A stretch of 63,283 nt of DNA, the filler included, from Reclinomonas americana ATCC 50394 (taxonomy: Eukaryota): NCBI GenBank assembly GCA_048213135.1. It is 6 parts of 4 records of this genome, joined end to end, with 100 filler letters (N's around TTAATTAATTAA, not from the genome) between each part and the next. Parts side by side here need not be neighbours in the genome. Positions count along the whole stretch, not along the records: positions 1 to 19,645 come from PS015392.1; positions 19,746 to 34,148 come from PS015392.1; 4 more parts are not named here. One strand, 5' to 3'. Positions 13,865 to 25,943 of the stretch are shown one piece after another. A program made the position numbers and the translations under genes. Positions within the stretch are counted from its first letter, which is position 1, and each line of letters begins with the position of its first letter. The notes under the pieces are model-generated. The model was not told the DNA's origin. It did not search any database and saw only the letters and a program-made list of their open reading frames with translations.

Positions 13865-14258
13865 CTAACAGTTCAACTCTTTGTTGCCACCCGTGCAGAC
13901 TCCGCGGGAAGGTATCCCCGCATACGCGCTGCGTTTGGAGTGTACATGTTGTGTGTGTGTGTGTGTGTCACTCATGGGCGTGGCGCCTGTGATGCAGGAG
14001 ATTATACCCGCCGGATGCCGAGGCAGAAGGAGCGGAGGAGGGAGGTGCGGCTGGCCCGCGCGCTCCTGCTGGACGTGGCGGAGGCGGCGGCGGCGGCGGC
14101 GGCGGCGAAGGAGGTGCTGCGAGTGGCAGCAGCTCAAGCAGTGTGACATCGCGCATTGTGCGTATGATTTTCGGTCGAGGTGGTGGCAGTGAGGCTGGCG
14201 GTGGCGGAGCTGGTGGTGCTGGTGGAGCTGGCGGCGGTGATGGCGATGACGAATTCAT
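13865..14258 (-). CDS. Small proline-rich hypothetical protein (exon structure uncertain)
   Basis: ORF MNSSSPSPPPAPP...IIRTMRDVTLLELLPL, followed by a CA-repeat intron and a short candidate terminal exon. No recognisable domain. Confidence 0.35.
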
Positions 14259-14380
14259 GGAGGGCGACGATGCTCACTGGATATAATGCACGCAGTAACA
14301 ATGTCACGACAATGTTTTGTTACAACAGTGTTCTTTAATTTGCGGCATTGGCGATTCCAAAAGAAACATAGGACAGGCGG

Positions 14381-17300
14381 CTAACTCTCACACGCCAATG
14401 GCATACAACTGCGCACGTTGGGGGGTGAGGGACATGTCAGCGACGACAACATATCGAAGCACTTTCCACTGTTGCAAACCTCGGCCACATTGCGCACACG
14501 ATTCGCGGCTTCAGCGAGGCATTCTCGGCCTCGCGGTTGCCGCATGGGGAGCGCCCGAGCGGCCGGAGCAAAATTGTCTACGAGGTTGGGGTCCGACATG
14601 GAGCGAGCGAGCCGGGCTTGTATCAACACACTCGGCGGCGCAGAGGGTCTTGCTCCACGCGACCGTGACTGTGAGGCTCTGTACTCGTTGGCGGTCTCTA
14701 CCGGTGTTGCACTGCGGCCTTGTGCCACGAGCCCCTCGGCCATGGCACTTGGCGGCTGCACAAACCCCCTCCGAGGCGGCCGTCGTTCTTGCATCGACGG
14801 CGGTGGCGGAGGAGCCGGATGTGTGTCGATCCAAGACTCGGACGACAGCGGTGACGGCTGTATCCTGGCGGCGACAGTAGCAGCAGCGCGCAACGACATC
14901 TGCGGTCGCGATCATGTCAGAGGGCGGAGAGCGACAAGGAGCTTGTGGTGCGCACGCAGTGAGGCACACGTAACAATCTCTTGGGCTCGTCGATTGAGCG
15001 AGTCATTCACCGTCTGCTGTGTGCGTGGACTGACCGCGCGTGCTGGTGGCTGCGAAGGTGGTGGTGCCGGCTTGCATGCACTCATCATAGGCGCCGCCGC
15101 ATCTCCCAAGTACACGCCAGCCGCTCTCTGTACGGACCGCGAGTTGAGCGCGGCCGGCGGAAGTTGCCGCAGTGGCTGCCGTGGCTGCGACGACGGCCGA
15201 CCGGAGTCACTGCTGCAGCGACAGAAGAGTAGCAGGAGAAAGCATGTTGGCCACGGACACTTTGGCATCTCAATAAAACACTCGTTCCGCCTCCAACTCA
15301 CCTGACGGACGGCGATCGTCGTTGCTGGCGCACACTGCTGGTCGGAATGGCGCTCCGCAACGGCGAGATCTTGTGCACCGTCAGGATGGCCCTGGCGGGC
15401 GACACACCCTGCGCCGCAGTCGACGCCGCTGATCTCGCCGATGTCGGCTGTGGTGCAACTGTCGTTGGCGCCACTGGTGCAGACGGAGCCGGCGGCAGCG
15501 GTGCGGGATTCACGGGGGCAAAGAGCAGGTCGGAGCGCCGTGGCGATGCAAATCGCCGAGATGGCAACTGCTGTTGTTGCAGTTGCTGCGCCGCCGCCAC
15601 CGCAGCGGCCAAATTCATGGTCACCGGTGATGGAGGTCGGCGCTGTCGCATGGAAACAACATTGCTGGACTCGCTGTCGGATGGCGTGCTGGCCACCGAG
15701 CAAATCGACATGGACTGGCGGATCGGTGGCGACTCCACTTTCGGGAGGCGCACGTGGTCGACCGACTTGGGCGACTGGGTGGGTGTGCGGGTGGCGAGCA
15801 CAGAGGTGGCGCCGGGAGACGGTGGTAGGGTGGGGATAGACGATGAAGACATGCAGCGATGCAGTGTGCGCGACGAAGCTGCGGGGGCGACCGGTGGATC
15901 CGTCATGGCCGCGATCAGCCGCATGGTCTCGGCGACCTCCACATAGTCCTCCTCGTCTTCGTCGCCCTCGTCGACGATACGCATCGCCTCGTCCAACTCG
16001 CCCACATCCGTGTCCGTGCCGGCGTCCGAGCCAGTGTACGCTCCCGACGACGTGGTGTAATGCGAGCGTGCCGACGACGATGACCGCGAGGAGGGCCCTC
16101 GCGACGACGCCGTCGAAGGCGCACGTGGTGGTCTCGTTGACGCATTTCTTCGCACTGGCGACAGCGCCAGCAGCAGGTCTGCCTCCACGGCTGCAGAATG
16201 CCGCCGGCGGCGTCCCACTTCGTCTTCTTCATCATCGTCATCATCGTCGTCGTCGTCGTCGTCATCGTCGTCGTCGCCATCACCATCACCATCTTCGTTG
16301 CCGGCGCTGCGTGCCGAGGACGACGAGACGCGATCGACGCGCGGCGATGGCCGTTGTGACAGGGAGCGCGCCGACGACGAGCCGGAGCGCTGCGAGTTGG
16401 CACTGGTGACGGAACGCGACCGCGGTCGCGCTAGCGTGGACACTCTGCACGTTTTTCCCATTTGCAGTGAGCGCATGACGACAATGGAGAGCATGAATAG
16501 AGGAGAGCGCGCACAATTGTGAATCGGACGGCATGACTCGCGTCGCTGCCGTGGCCGTCATGCCCATCGGCAACGTGATGAGCATGGGAGCGGACGGAAC
16601 CATGTCGGCGTCCATGACGAGCGGCGCCATCGGCACCGACTGCCGTCGCTTCTTCTTGCGCTTGCCCGACTTCTTCGCCGAGTCGGTGGGTGGCGACTTG
16701 CCGCCGGCTCCGCCGGAGGAGGGCGAGCCGTTTTTCGACTTTTTCTTCTTGCTCTTGCCCTTGCTCTTCTTCGCCTGCTGCCGACGCCGCACGGGCGAGC
16801 TGGACAGCAAACCGAGACGCTCGGGGTACGCGCCGAGGTAGATGCGATCGGTGCGGTACCACGAGTGGAACGGGCAGTGCGACTCGCACACGCCGTCCAA
16901 CCACGTATCAATCGAGCAGTAATACCACACAATATCATAGTACGACTGGCTGACGAACTTGTACGTGTCGTGGATGGAGACGTAGCCGCGCTGATTGCGC
17001 GCTCCTGCACCACAGGCGTGAGCAGCAAGCGAGTGAGCGGGTGGAAGAGAAAGAGAGAGCAGAGAGAAGCGCTCCGCGTTACCAATCGTCTTCTCGCCAT
17101 CGCCGAGAAAGATCTCCACGTGTGTCATATTATGATGCTGCTTGCGCCGCTTCTCGGGCTCATAGAAGGTGCCGGAGTAAAAAATGAGATCGCCCGGCTC
17201 CAGCTCCTCCACTCGCTTCCGCCGAATCGGCAACGTGTCGAACTGATAGGCCTGATTCCAGCGACCAAGCACAAAGCCAAAGTCGGCCGCCAGATCGTGC

Positions 17301-17806
17301 ATCACACGACGCACAAGTCCGCAACAGTCGAGAAAGAGCGGGCTGTTGTACTCGACACCTTTTTGCAGTGATGAAAAAAACAATGGAAAAAATGGGTAAG
17401 CCGGAGCGCATTCGGAACAAACACACACACAACAGGAGAAAACTGGTTCACGCACGCACGCACACAGAGAGCACAAACCAGGCACACAAACAGAGCGCGC
17501 GCGTGTGTGTGAGAAAGAGAGAGGTGGAGAGTGAGAGCATGTGTGGAGGAATATGCAAAGGCACTTTTACGTGCGTGAGAGTGTTTCTCTTCTCATTTCA
17601 CTCTCTGCCTCTGTGTGTGTGCGCGTTAGTGTGTATGAGAGTGAGCTTACTCAACTTCCCTTCTCCCAGAAGCGCTGCTTGTATGGCACTCCGAGGTACG
17701 ACTTGGCCGTCTCAATCACCTTTTGTCGCAGACATTGTCGTCGTGCGAGCTCCACTGCAGAGAGTGCCTTGCTGCCACTACTGCTGCCTCCCTCCTCGCG
17801 AGGCAT
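14381..17806 (-). CDS. NlpC/P60 (papain-like) cysteine hydrolase domain protein with Lys-rich segment and long disordered Ser/Pro/Asp-rich C-terminus
   Basis: ATG at 17806. Exon 1 ...QKVIETAKSYLGVPYKQ; exon 2 PLFLDCCGLVRRV...ELEPGDLIFY...MTHVEIFLGDGEKTIG, giving the catalytic Cys and His. Downstream exons join through GT-AG introns; the exact 3' end is approximate. Confidence 0.82.
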
Positions 17807-17914
17807 GACACTCACTCACACAAACGCACACACACACAATACTCTCTCTCTGCAACGTACAATTGCAACAGTGCGTGCAACGTCCATGAATTTTCAAGCA
17901 TTGTGCGAGAAAAG

Positions 17915-20900
17915 ATGGAGGTCGAGCGGGTGCTGGATATGGGCGAGATGGGTCGCAAGGCGGTGTATCCTGTACGCTCGCTGGCCTACAGTCACTCCAC
18001 GGAGACGCTTTTCACTGGCTATGAAGGTCTGATCGCTTTCTCTATTGTTTGTGTTCATTGTCGCGCGCTCTCTCTCACGCACACACACATGCACACCACA
18101 AAGATGGCTATGTTCGCTCGTGGAAGGTCAACCAGGGGCGTGTGGATCGCGTGTACTGTGGGCACACGGGATGGGTGACGGGATTGTTGTGTCAGTTGAG
18201 TCATCGCTCTCACGTGCGCGTGCTCTCTCTCTCTGCGCGCACTGACTCTGTGTGTGTTGTATAGTGAGGATCTTGGCGTGCTGTTCTCCTGTTCGGTGGA
18301 TAACTCGATCTGCATGTGGGGTCGATTGGCCTCGATCTTGCAGATTGAAAAGGTGAGGGGTGTTTCTCAGCAGTTTCGATTGCGCGTGTGCGTGTCTTAC
18401 TGTGTGGCGCAGGTCCGACAACCGCTGTATACTATGGTGTGGAACGAGCACAGAGCACACTTGCTGGTGGGCTCGATTGGTAATCTGGAGGTGTGTGCGT
18501 GTGTCCGATTCGCACATACCGCTCGGTAAGAAGAGGGAGAGCTCCACCTCACCTCCATCCATCGCAGGTGTATCGTGTGGTGATGCGTCCGCGGCACAAG
18601 GGTGACCCGTTTGGTGGAGTCAACACGCCACTACAGCCTGGCATGGCTTCGGCCACTGGTAGCGCGCAGGGCATGGTCGACATGTCGACTGCTGGTGGTG
18701 GTGCCGGTGGTGGTGACACGGATGGGGCGTCGTCGGTCAGTGGAGGTGGTACAGATGCGCTGCCGGATGCCGCCTCCAACGGAGAGACCATGTCGGGCAC
18801 GAAGCAGAGCCTGCTGTTCTTGGAGCATGTGGATACGCTGGAGGGTCACAGTGACATTGTGTCGTCGCTCTTTGTGTGCGACGAATCGGTGTACTCGGCA
18901 AGCTACGACGGCACCGTGGTCATTCGTGACGCCAGCAACTACAAGCCACTGCGTGTCCTCACCGACTGCGGGGGTGCCATTGTGCAAATGGGCATGTTGG
19001 AGGCGCAGCGCTCGTTCTACACCGCCAACTTTCAGGTGCGACGCGGGGGTGTGTGCTGCTGTTAATTATGTGTGTGTGCGTCGTCTGACTTTGTATGCCA
19101 CAAGTCCGAGATGCGTATCTGGTCCACCAAGAGCTCGTCGACCGATATCGTCTCCGGCATTCGCGACACCATTTCATCGGTGGCCGTCTCCCACACCACC
19201 TCGACCATGTGGTTGGCCACGGGCCAGCAGGTGCCGTTTGTGATTAGCAGCAACACTCGGCGGGCCATGACGGAGCACATGGGAACGAACTTTCGACCAC
19301 CTCCCTCCCACCGTGTGTGCCGTCTGCTGACGCTGCCGACGGGCTTTCGCGGTGAAAGCACAGAGCGCATCATTGGAGGTTTGTTTAATTACAAAGAATT
19401 AAGGCAGTGATCGATTGTGCGTGTCGCTCATTGTCGGGATGCAGGATGCACCAATGGCGACGTCATTGTGTGGCGCTACAACTTCCAGGCCTGCACGGCT
19501 GTGCTGGGCCGGCACGACGACTCGGTGGAGGAGATGGTGTATCGGGTGGAGATGTCGGCATTACAGCCGCAGGTGGTCATCTTCAGCTGCAGTGGCGACG
19601 GCACCATTCGCAAGTGGCTCACCAACGTCGGCTCGACGGACAACTNNNNNNNNNNNNNNNNNNNNNNNNNNNNNNNNNNNNNNNNNNNNTTAATTAATTA
19701 ANNNNNNNNNNNNNNNNNNNNNNNNNNNNNNNNNNNNNNNNNNNNAGGAGCACGACACGAGGCGCTCCTTGCCCCATGTGGCCAGCGAGTGGCACGCATC
19801 CTGATGTGAGCGGAACACTGCACGCGGGTACTTGGAGCGTCCGCCGGCCGTGACATCCATCATGTGGGCCTCCCATACGACTGTCGTACGCACGATGAGC
19901 AACAGCCTCTCTCTCTCTCTCTCTCTCTCCCGTTTGTCACACAATGCGCGACGCAACTGATCGAGCCATCCTGGCAACCGACCGCCGCACACGTGGTGCC
20001 GTCACGTTGCTGAAACAAGCGAATGCACAACGGCGGACTGGCCTGGCTGGCACACACCCACTGGCGACNNNNNNNNNNNNNNNNNNNNNNNNNNNNNNNN
20101 NNNNNNNNNNNNNNNNNNNNNNNNNNNNNNNNNNNNNNNNNNNNNNNNNNNNNNNNNNNNNNNNNNNNNNNNNNNNNNNNNNNNNNNNNNNNNNNNNNNN
20201 NNNNNNNNNNNNNNNNNNNNNNNNNNNNNNNNNNNNNNNNNNNNNNNNNNNNNNNNNNNNNNNNNNNNNNNNNNNNNNNNNNNNNNNNNNNNNNNNNNNN
20301 NNNNNNNNNNNNNNNNNNNNNNNNNNNNNNNNNNNNNNNNNNNNNNNNNNNNNNNNNNNNNNNNNNNNNNNNNNNNNNNNNNNNNNNNNNNNNNNNNNNN
20401 NNNNNNNNNNNNNNNNNNNNNNNNNNNNNNNNNNNNNNNNNNNNNNNNNNNNNNNNNNNNNNNNNNNNNNNNNNNNNNNNNNNNNNNNNNNNNNNNNNNN
20501 NNNNNNNNNNNNNNNNNNNNNNNNNNNNNNNNNNNNNNNNNNNNNNNNNNNNNNNNNNNNNNNNNNNNNNNNNNNNNNNNNNNNNNNNNNNNNNNNNNNN
20601 NNNNNNNNNNNNNNNNNNNNNNNNNNNNNNNNNNNNNNNNNNNNNNNNNNNNNNNNNNNNNNNNNNNNNNNNNNNNNNNNNNNNNNNNNNNNNNNNNNNN
20701 NNNNNNNNNNNNNNNNNNNNNNNNNNNNNNNNNNNNNNNNNNNNNNNNNNNNNNNNNNNNNNNNNNNNNNNNNNNNNNNNNNNNNNNNNNNNNNNNNNNN
20801 NNNNNNNNNNNNNNNNNNNNNNNNNNNNNNNNNNNNNNNNNNNNNNNNNNNNNNNNNNNNNNNNNNNNNNNNNNNNNNNNNNNNNNNNNNNNNNNNNNNN

Positions 20901-23900
20901 NNNNNNNNNNNNNNNNNNNNNNNNNNNNNNNNNNNNNNNNNNNNNNNNNNNNNNNNNNNNNNNNNNNNNNNNNNNNNNNNNNNNNNNCCGACGCCACCAT
21001 GCGCGTGTGGGACACGCGAGTGTTGCGTGATTTTCCGATCCAGACTGTCAAGGGCGATCCCACACAGCCATTCCAAGGGTTTGTTCATCAGCAACGAGCA
21101 CTGTGATTCATCTACCTTGCCTTGCCTGACTGCGTGACACACACACAGCATGGCATTCGACGAGAAACACAGTCGGGCGGCGACATGGAGCAACGACGAA
21201 ACAATTACGCTGTGGGACTTTGTGGTCGGTCGTCGCTTGCGCCGCCTGGACGGGCACCTGGCGCCCATTGCACGTGTGTGCTATGTGCCACACTGCGACA
21301 AGTGGGCCAGCATTGCGCACGATCATGCAGTGCGACTGTGGGACGACAGCGGTGTCTGTGTGGCGATGCGCGAGTACCCCAACGACTTCCTCACCTCCAT
21401 GTCCATGCTGGACGAGGTGCAACTGCTTATTGTGGCCTCCGTACGCAACCGCGTGCTCGGCTTGCATGTGACACCAGACGGACAACTGCGGGAGTTTGCC
21501 GACTTTGTGGCCTCCGAGGGCAGTTTCCGCACCGTGATTTACATTCGCGAGATGAAGATGGTTGGTTGTCATTCTCAACTTCGAGGTGCCCGCCCACTCT
21601 TGACTCACCCATGACGTGAATTACAATCATTCATGCAGCTACTGGTCGGTGCCGACGATGGCGGTCTGCGCACATGGCGTCTCGACAATCCAGTCGACCC
21701 GCCGTACGGTGAGCCACGAGAAGCATGCCTTGCTTGCTTGTTTTTCTCTTGTAGTGACGCTGAAGAGTGTGTGTTCGGTGCGACGCAGCCTACTACTCTT
21801 CCGCACTCGGCATCTATTCGCGGACCGGCTTGTTTGTGGTCAATGTGCGTTCCGCTCGCCTCGTGGCATTGTGGTGTGGTGTGGTGTGATGTGCACCCGC
21901 TTACCATGTTGTTGTGACACAGGATACGGAGTTTGTGGAGGCTGCGGCAGCCTCGACGGATATCGACACGAATCGTCGCTACTCGCAGAGCATGACCCAG
22001 CATGAGCAGGAGCAACTGGCCGCCCTGACGATTGTCGGTCGGCAGTCGTCCAAAAAGGACCTGTCGCGTTCCATGGCAGTCATCGACGGCTTGCGTCGTT
22101 GCGTGCAAACGATCTTGGATGCCACGCTCTCCCCGCAAGCTGACTCGACCTCGCCACAGGTGCCGAGGAGACAGCAGGGCGAATGAATCTCGGTCGCACG
22201 TGGAGCAACTTGAAGGCGCCAGACTTGCCGAGTGCCGAGTCGCGGGCGGCCGTCGATGACGAATTCGAGTCGGTGGTGTCGGAAGATGTGATGGTGGACG
22301 ACAGTTGCGTCAGCATGTGTACACTTCTCCTCATAGACAAGAGAATATCGCTGACTTTGCATGCAGGCCTGATATCAGTCAGTGGCCGTCGCGCGAGCGG
22401 TGGTGGTATTGCTGCCGTGCGTCGCATGTCGTCGTCTACCGCAGTGGGACGCACGGCGTCCAAGTCGCACGAGTCATCCGCAATGTCGCTGGCCCTGCGC
22501 ACACCCAAGAGTGCCAGTGGCACCACCACACCCGATGAATTCGCGAAGAGCACCTCGGCAGCACAGGTAGAACATGGCACAGGGGATGCGTGAAGCTCTC
22601 GTGAGCTCACACCACTCTGCTGTTGCAGACACCACCGCTGTCGGGACGCAGTGGACGATCGGGATCGCTCTCCCACCGAGCCTCGCAGATCATGGCCGCG
22701 TTGCGCAGTCGTGAAGGCTCGGCCAGAAGACCACGGTCGGCCTCGCAGGCGGAGAGCGATCGACGGCGCACGGTGGAGAAGCTCGAGAATGTGGTGTCGG
22801 CGGAACTGACCGACATTAACTTGCGCGACTACGTGCCGATGATCACCATGAAGCCCGATACGGTGAGTAGACAGACGAATGCATCTCGTGCAAGTGGGGC
22901 AGGGCGAAGACCTCACGTGTTGCTACGCCGGCACAGGATCGTCGACTGGAGCCAATGATGCGCAAACAGCGAATCAAGGACAAGTTTGAACGAGATCGCC
23001 TGGGTGAGACGGGTGTTCTCCTGCTGCTGCTCCTGTTTCGTTCTCCCTTGTCACTCACGGTTTGTGGACGTGCATGCGCAGCACACAAGATGGGCCACAC
23101 CTCGGCGTTCTACGAGAGAGGGCACTTGCACGACTTTTCCTTCGACGCCCTGTTGACCATCACTGACGATCTGGACAGTCCCGACATTCAGCCACTGTTG
23201 CGCGCGCCTGTCAGTGCGATGATGACGATGACAATTGTGTTTCAATCTAACTCTGTGCACGTGATGTGTGGCGACAGTGGACTGCCCCGTCCGGCCAGCA
23301 TTCAAATCAGTAGACCACTGAGCGCCAAGTCGAGTCGTGCGGCCAGTCGGTGAGTGGCGCCGTGAGTGACTCCGTGTAGCGTGGCGGTGTGCTCATCAGG
23401 TGGCGACATTGCAGCAACGGCACTCCACTGGTATCTCCGGGTCGACGTGGTAGCGAGCAGCCTCCGTCGGCTGCCGAGCGACTGTCAACAGCGTGGGCGC
23501 AGCGCGGTCGCTTGGTGCCGAGTCGTCGACCATCCTAGTGAGTACTCGCAATGCCTCCAACCCGTGGTGATCGATCCTCACCGTAAGTGCCCTGACTGCA
23601 GTCTGGAAGCCGGTCACGAAAGGACCAGCTCGCAGCCGTCGCCCTCTCGCGATGCCAGTGCAGTTGCGTGGGTTGCACGTCACCTCCATCGCATCGTCAT
23701 CTCACCTTGCCTGGTACCATGCAGAACGTGGAAGCCACCAATTCCAGACGCACGGCATCGGCAGTGTTCTCGGTTGACCGCCAGACGTCGTTTGGGGAGG
23801 ACTCGGCCGCGGACCTGCTGTCGGTTGGGTCGGGAGCACCTCGCCGACCATCGTCGGCTGCGATCAACGTGCAAATCAGCGAACCGGAAGGCGTGCGTCG

Positions 23901-24897
23901 ACCGCCGTCGGCCTTGATCCGCAGTCGGCGCACGTCCATGTCGGTGTCTCCAAAGCACGAGCGGCAGTCATCGGCCGCCACAATCGCCACCAATGCCACC
24001 GGTGCCACCACCACCGGCACCTCGACGCCTGCACCCGAGTCGCAGGCAAGTTCCGAGCGGCGACCATCTTCCGCTCTTCTTCAGGCCGACCATCGGCGCA
24101 TGTCGTCGTTTGCGTCGTCCACGTCGCCCGACCGTCGACCGCAGTCCGCTGTCGTCACCGGGTCGACACCCGGCGGCACCGCGATGGAGAGAAGAGTGCG
24201 TCCGTGTTGCAGCAGTGTGTGCAAAAAGAGAGAAAGAATAGCTCACCCGCACCTGCAGCCTTCATCAGCACCGCGTCAGCCGTCCATTCCACGAGCATAT
24301 CCCGAACTCAATCCGCCCGTGCGTCAGTTGCCTCCGGGAATGGTGCCGAATTCGAGTCTGCTGGTGAGAGAGTAAGAGATGGTGGCGGTCGTTGAGCTTG
24401 TCACTAACTGCATTCTGTGTCAAAAAAAAGGCCGTGGCCGGAGCGATTGCCAAGATGAAGAAACCACGCGCCCGCAGCGCGTCGGCGGCCGGACGGGTGA
24501 GTGATCTCCAGTGCTGTCACTTGTTCTCGTATAGTGAAGAGACTGATTGGTTATTGGCAGGCGGCCCGACTGGTGACCGGCGTGACTCGACCGAGCACGG
24601 CACAGCCGCATCGGCCGGTGTCCGGCAATCCAGTCACTCGGCCCGTATCGTCGAGTACGCGACCGAGTGCCACCGCCAGGGAGTCGAGCAGAACCGGCAC
24701 GACCAAGGCGACAACCATGCTGACGACGGCGACAGTGGTCGCGGCGGACTCGCAAATGGACTATTGCGGCATGATGGACCTGCTGCAAGCGCGACTGCAG
24801 GCGTACGAGGTACGCCAGCGTCGATCCCATCCACCCACCAACGTTTCGCGTCCTCGACTGACACGTGTGTGTGGCACAGCGAACGCACATGCCCTAA
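17915..24897 (+). CDS. Large WD40-repeat protein with low-complexity Ser/Arg-rich C-terminal half (gapped; includes inverted contig 19746-20068)
   Basis: Multiple WD repeats: GHTGWVTGLL..FSCSVDNSICMW, GHSDIVSSL..SASYDGTVVIRD, SCSGDGTIRKW, GHLAPIARV..SIAHDHAVRLWD. Candidate stop at 24895-24897. Confidence 0.78.
19690..19701. other. Artificial scaffold linker TTAATTAATTAA flanked by Ns (also at 34193, 44181, 56898, 60564)
   Basis: Identical six-frame-stop 12-mer centred in about 100-bp N blocks. Confidence 0.97.
19746..20068 (-). CDS. Internal WD40 exons of the 17915-24897 gene on a reverse-oriented contig
   Basis: Minus-strand AVGCQDGSI... and FRSHQDACHSLATWGKERLVSCS, which continue naturally into the + strand DATMRVWD at 20989. 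Confidence 0.75.
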
Positions 24898-25002
24898 TGC
24901 CTTCCTTTTGACACCACCTGCCTGTGCCTGTGCCTGTGCCCGATGCCTGTAATCTTCACAACTGGCAATGCTGTACACTACTTCTTTTTCCGCCCACCGC
25001 CC

Positions 25003-25648
25003 TCACAACAGCGGCTTGAACGAGCCGCCCATCATCGTCCGCAGCGTGCCCTGCGTTACACTAATGAGTGAATACGTACGCACACAAACTCAACGCACTC
25101 TCCGCTCTCGAAACGCAACCTCATTGCTCTCTTGAATGATGGCTTTCACTGTCGGCAATCCCAGTCGCTTGTGCGCCGTGTATCGATGGCATCCGCCCCT
25201 GCGTTGACGCCCGTGAGACACACACAGAAGACGTGGAGCAGAGAGCGACGCAACATGGCAAAGTAGTAGTCGCCGCCCTCCTTGCCGACCACGTGCAACA
25301 CTGTGATTGGTGGAATGGTGGCGCCCGTGGGATCCTCTCGCAGTGATTCCATCAGTGACTCCACCTGTGTTTGATCGCACCAGTGAGTGAACGGCGAGGA
25401 TGACACGAAGAGAGGAGAGTAAATGACCTTGGCCTCATCCACTGGCGACTGAATCGGCCTGTGTGTATGTTCCACAAAAGAGTGAGTGACACAAGACGCA
25501 GACAGCGAAGATGGCAAGCTGGTCTCACCGAGTGATCACCCTCATCGGCACCTTCGGCGACGAAAGAACGACAAGTGTCAGAGCGAGTGTGTGTGTGAGA
25601 GAGAGAGAGAACACACACCTCGTGTACTTCTCCTGCGCCGTCACACAT
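25003..25648 (-). CDS. SRXN1: Sulfiredoxin (start codon uncertain)
   Basis: Spliced EVHE|VPMRVITR|PIQSPVDEAK|VESLMESL...IPPITVLHV..GGDYYFAM|GGCHRYTAHKRLG, containing the sulfiredoxin GGCHR catalytic motif. Last exon GTLRTMMGGSFKPLL*. Confidence 0.9.
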
Positions 25649-25943
25649 GCTTGGTCTGCTCTCACCAACAACACAACAAGAAAACAATGAAGGCTGGTCG
25701 AAGGCTGACTGCAGGTTGTGGGACTCCGACTCCTCCGAGACTGATATCAGAAATATCTGAACTCCGTTGACGTCCACGCACACTTCACACTTTCGTGGAG
25801 ATGCACGTCTCTAGAATACGCATGCCACACTGTTTGAAGCAGTGACTTCAAGGCAGCAAACTCCGTCGTCGCCGCGACGTCATGCATTTTTTGTCCTTCA
25901 CAAGTTCATCAAATAGTTTTCCCGCTCAAGGGCCCTCGCCAAG

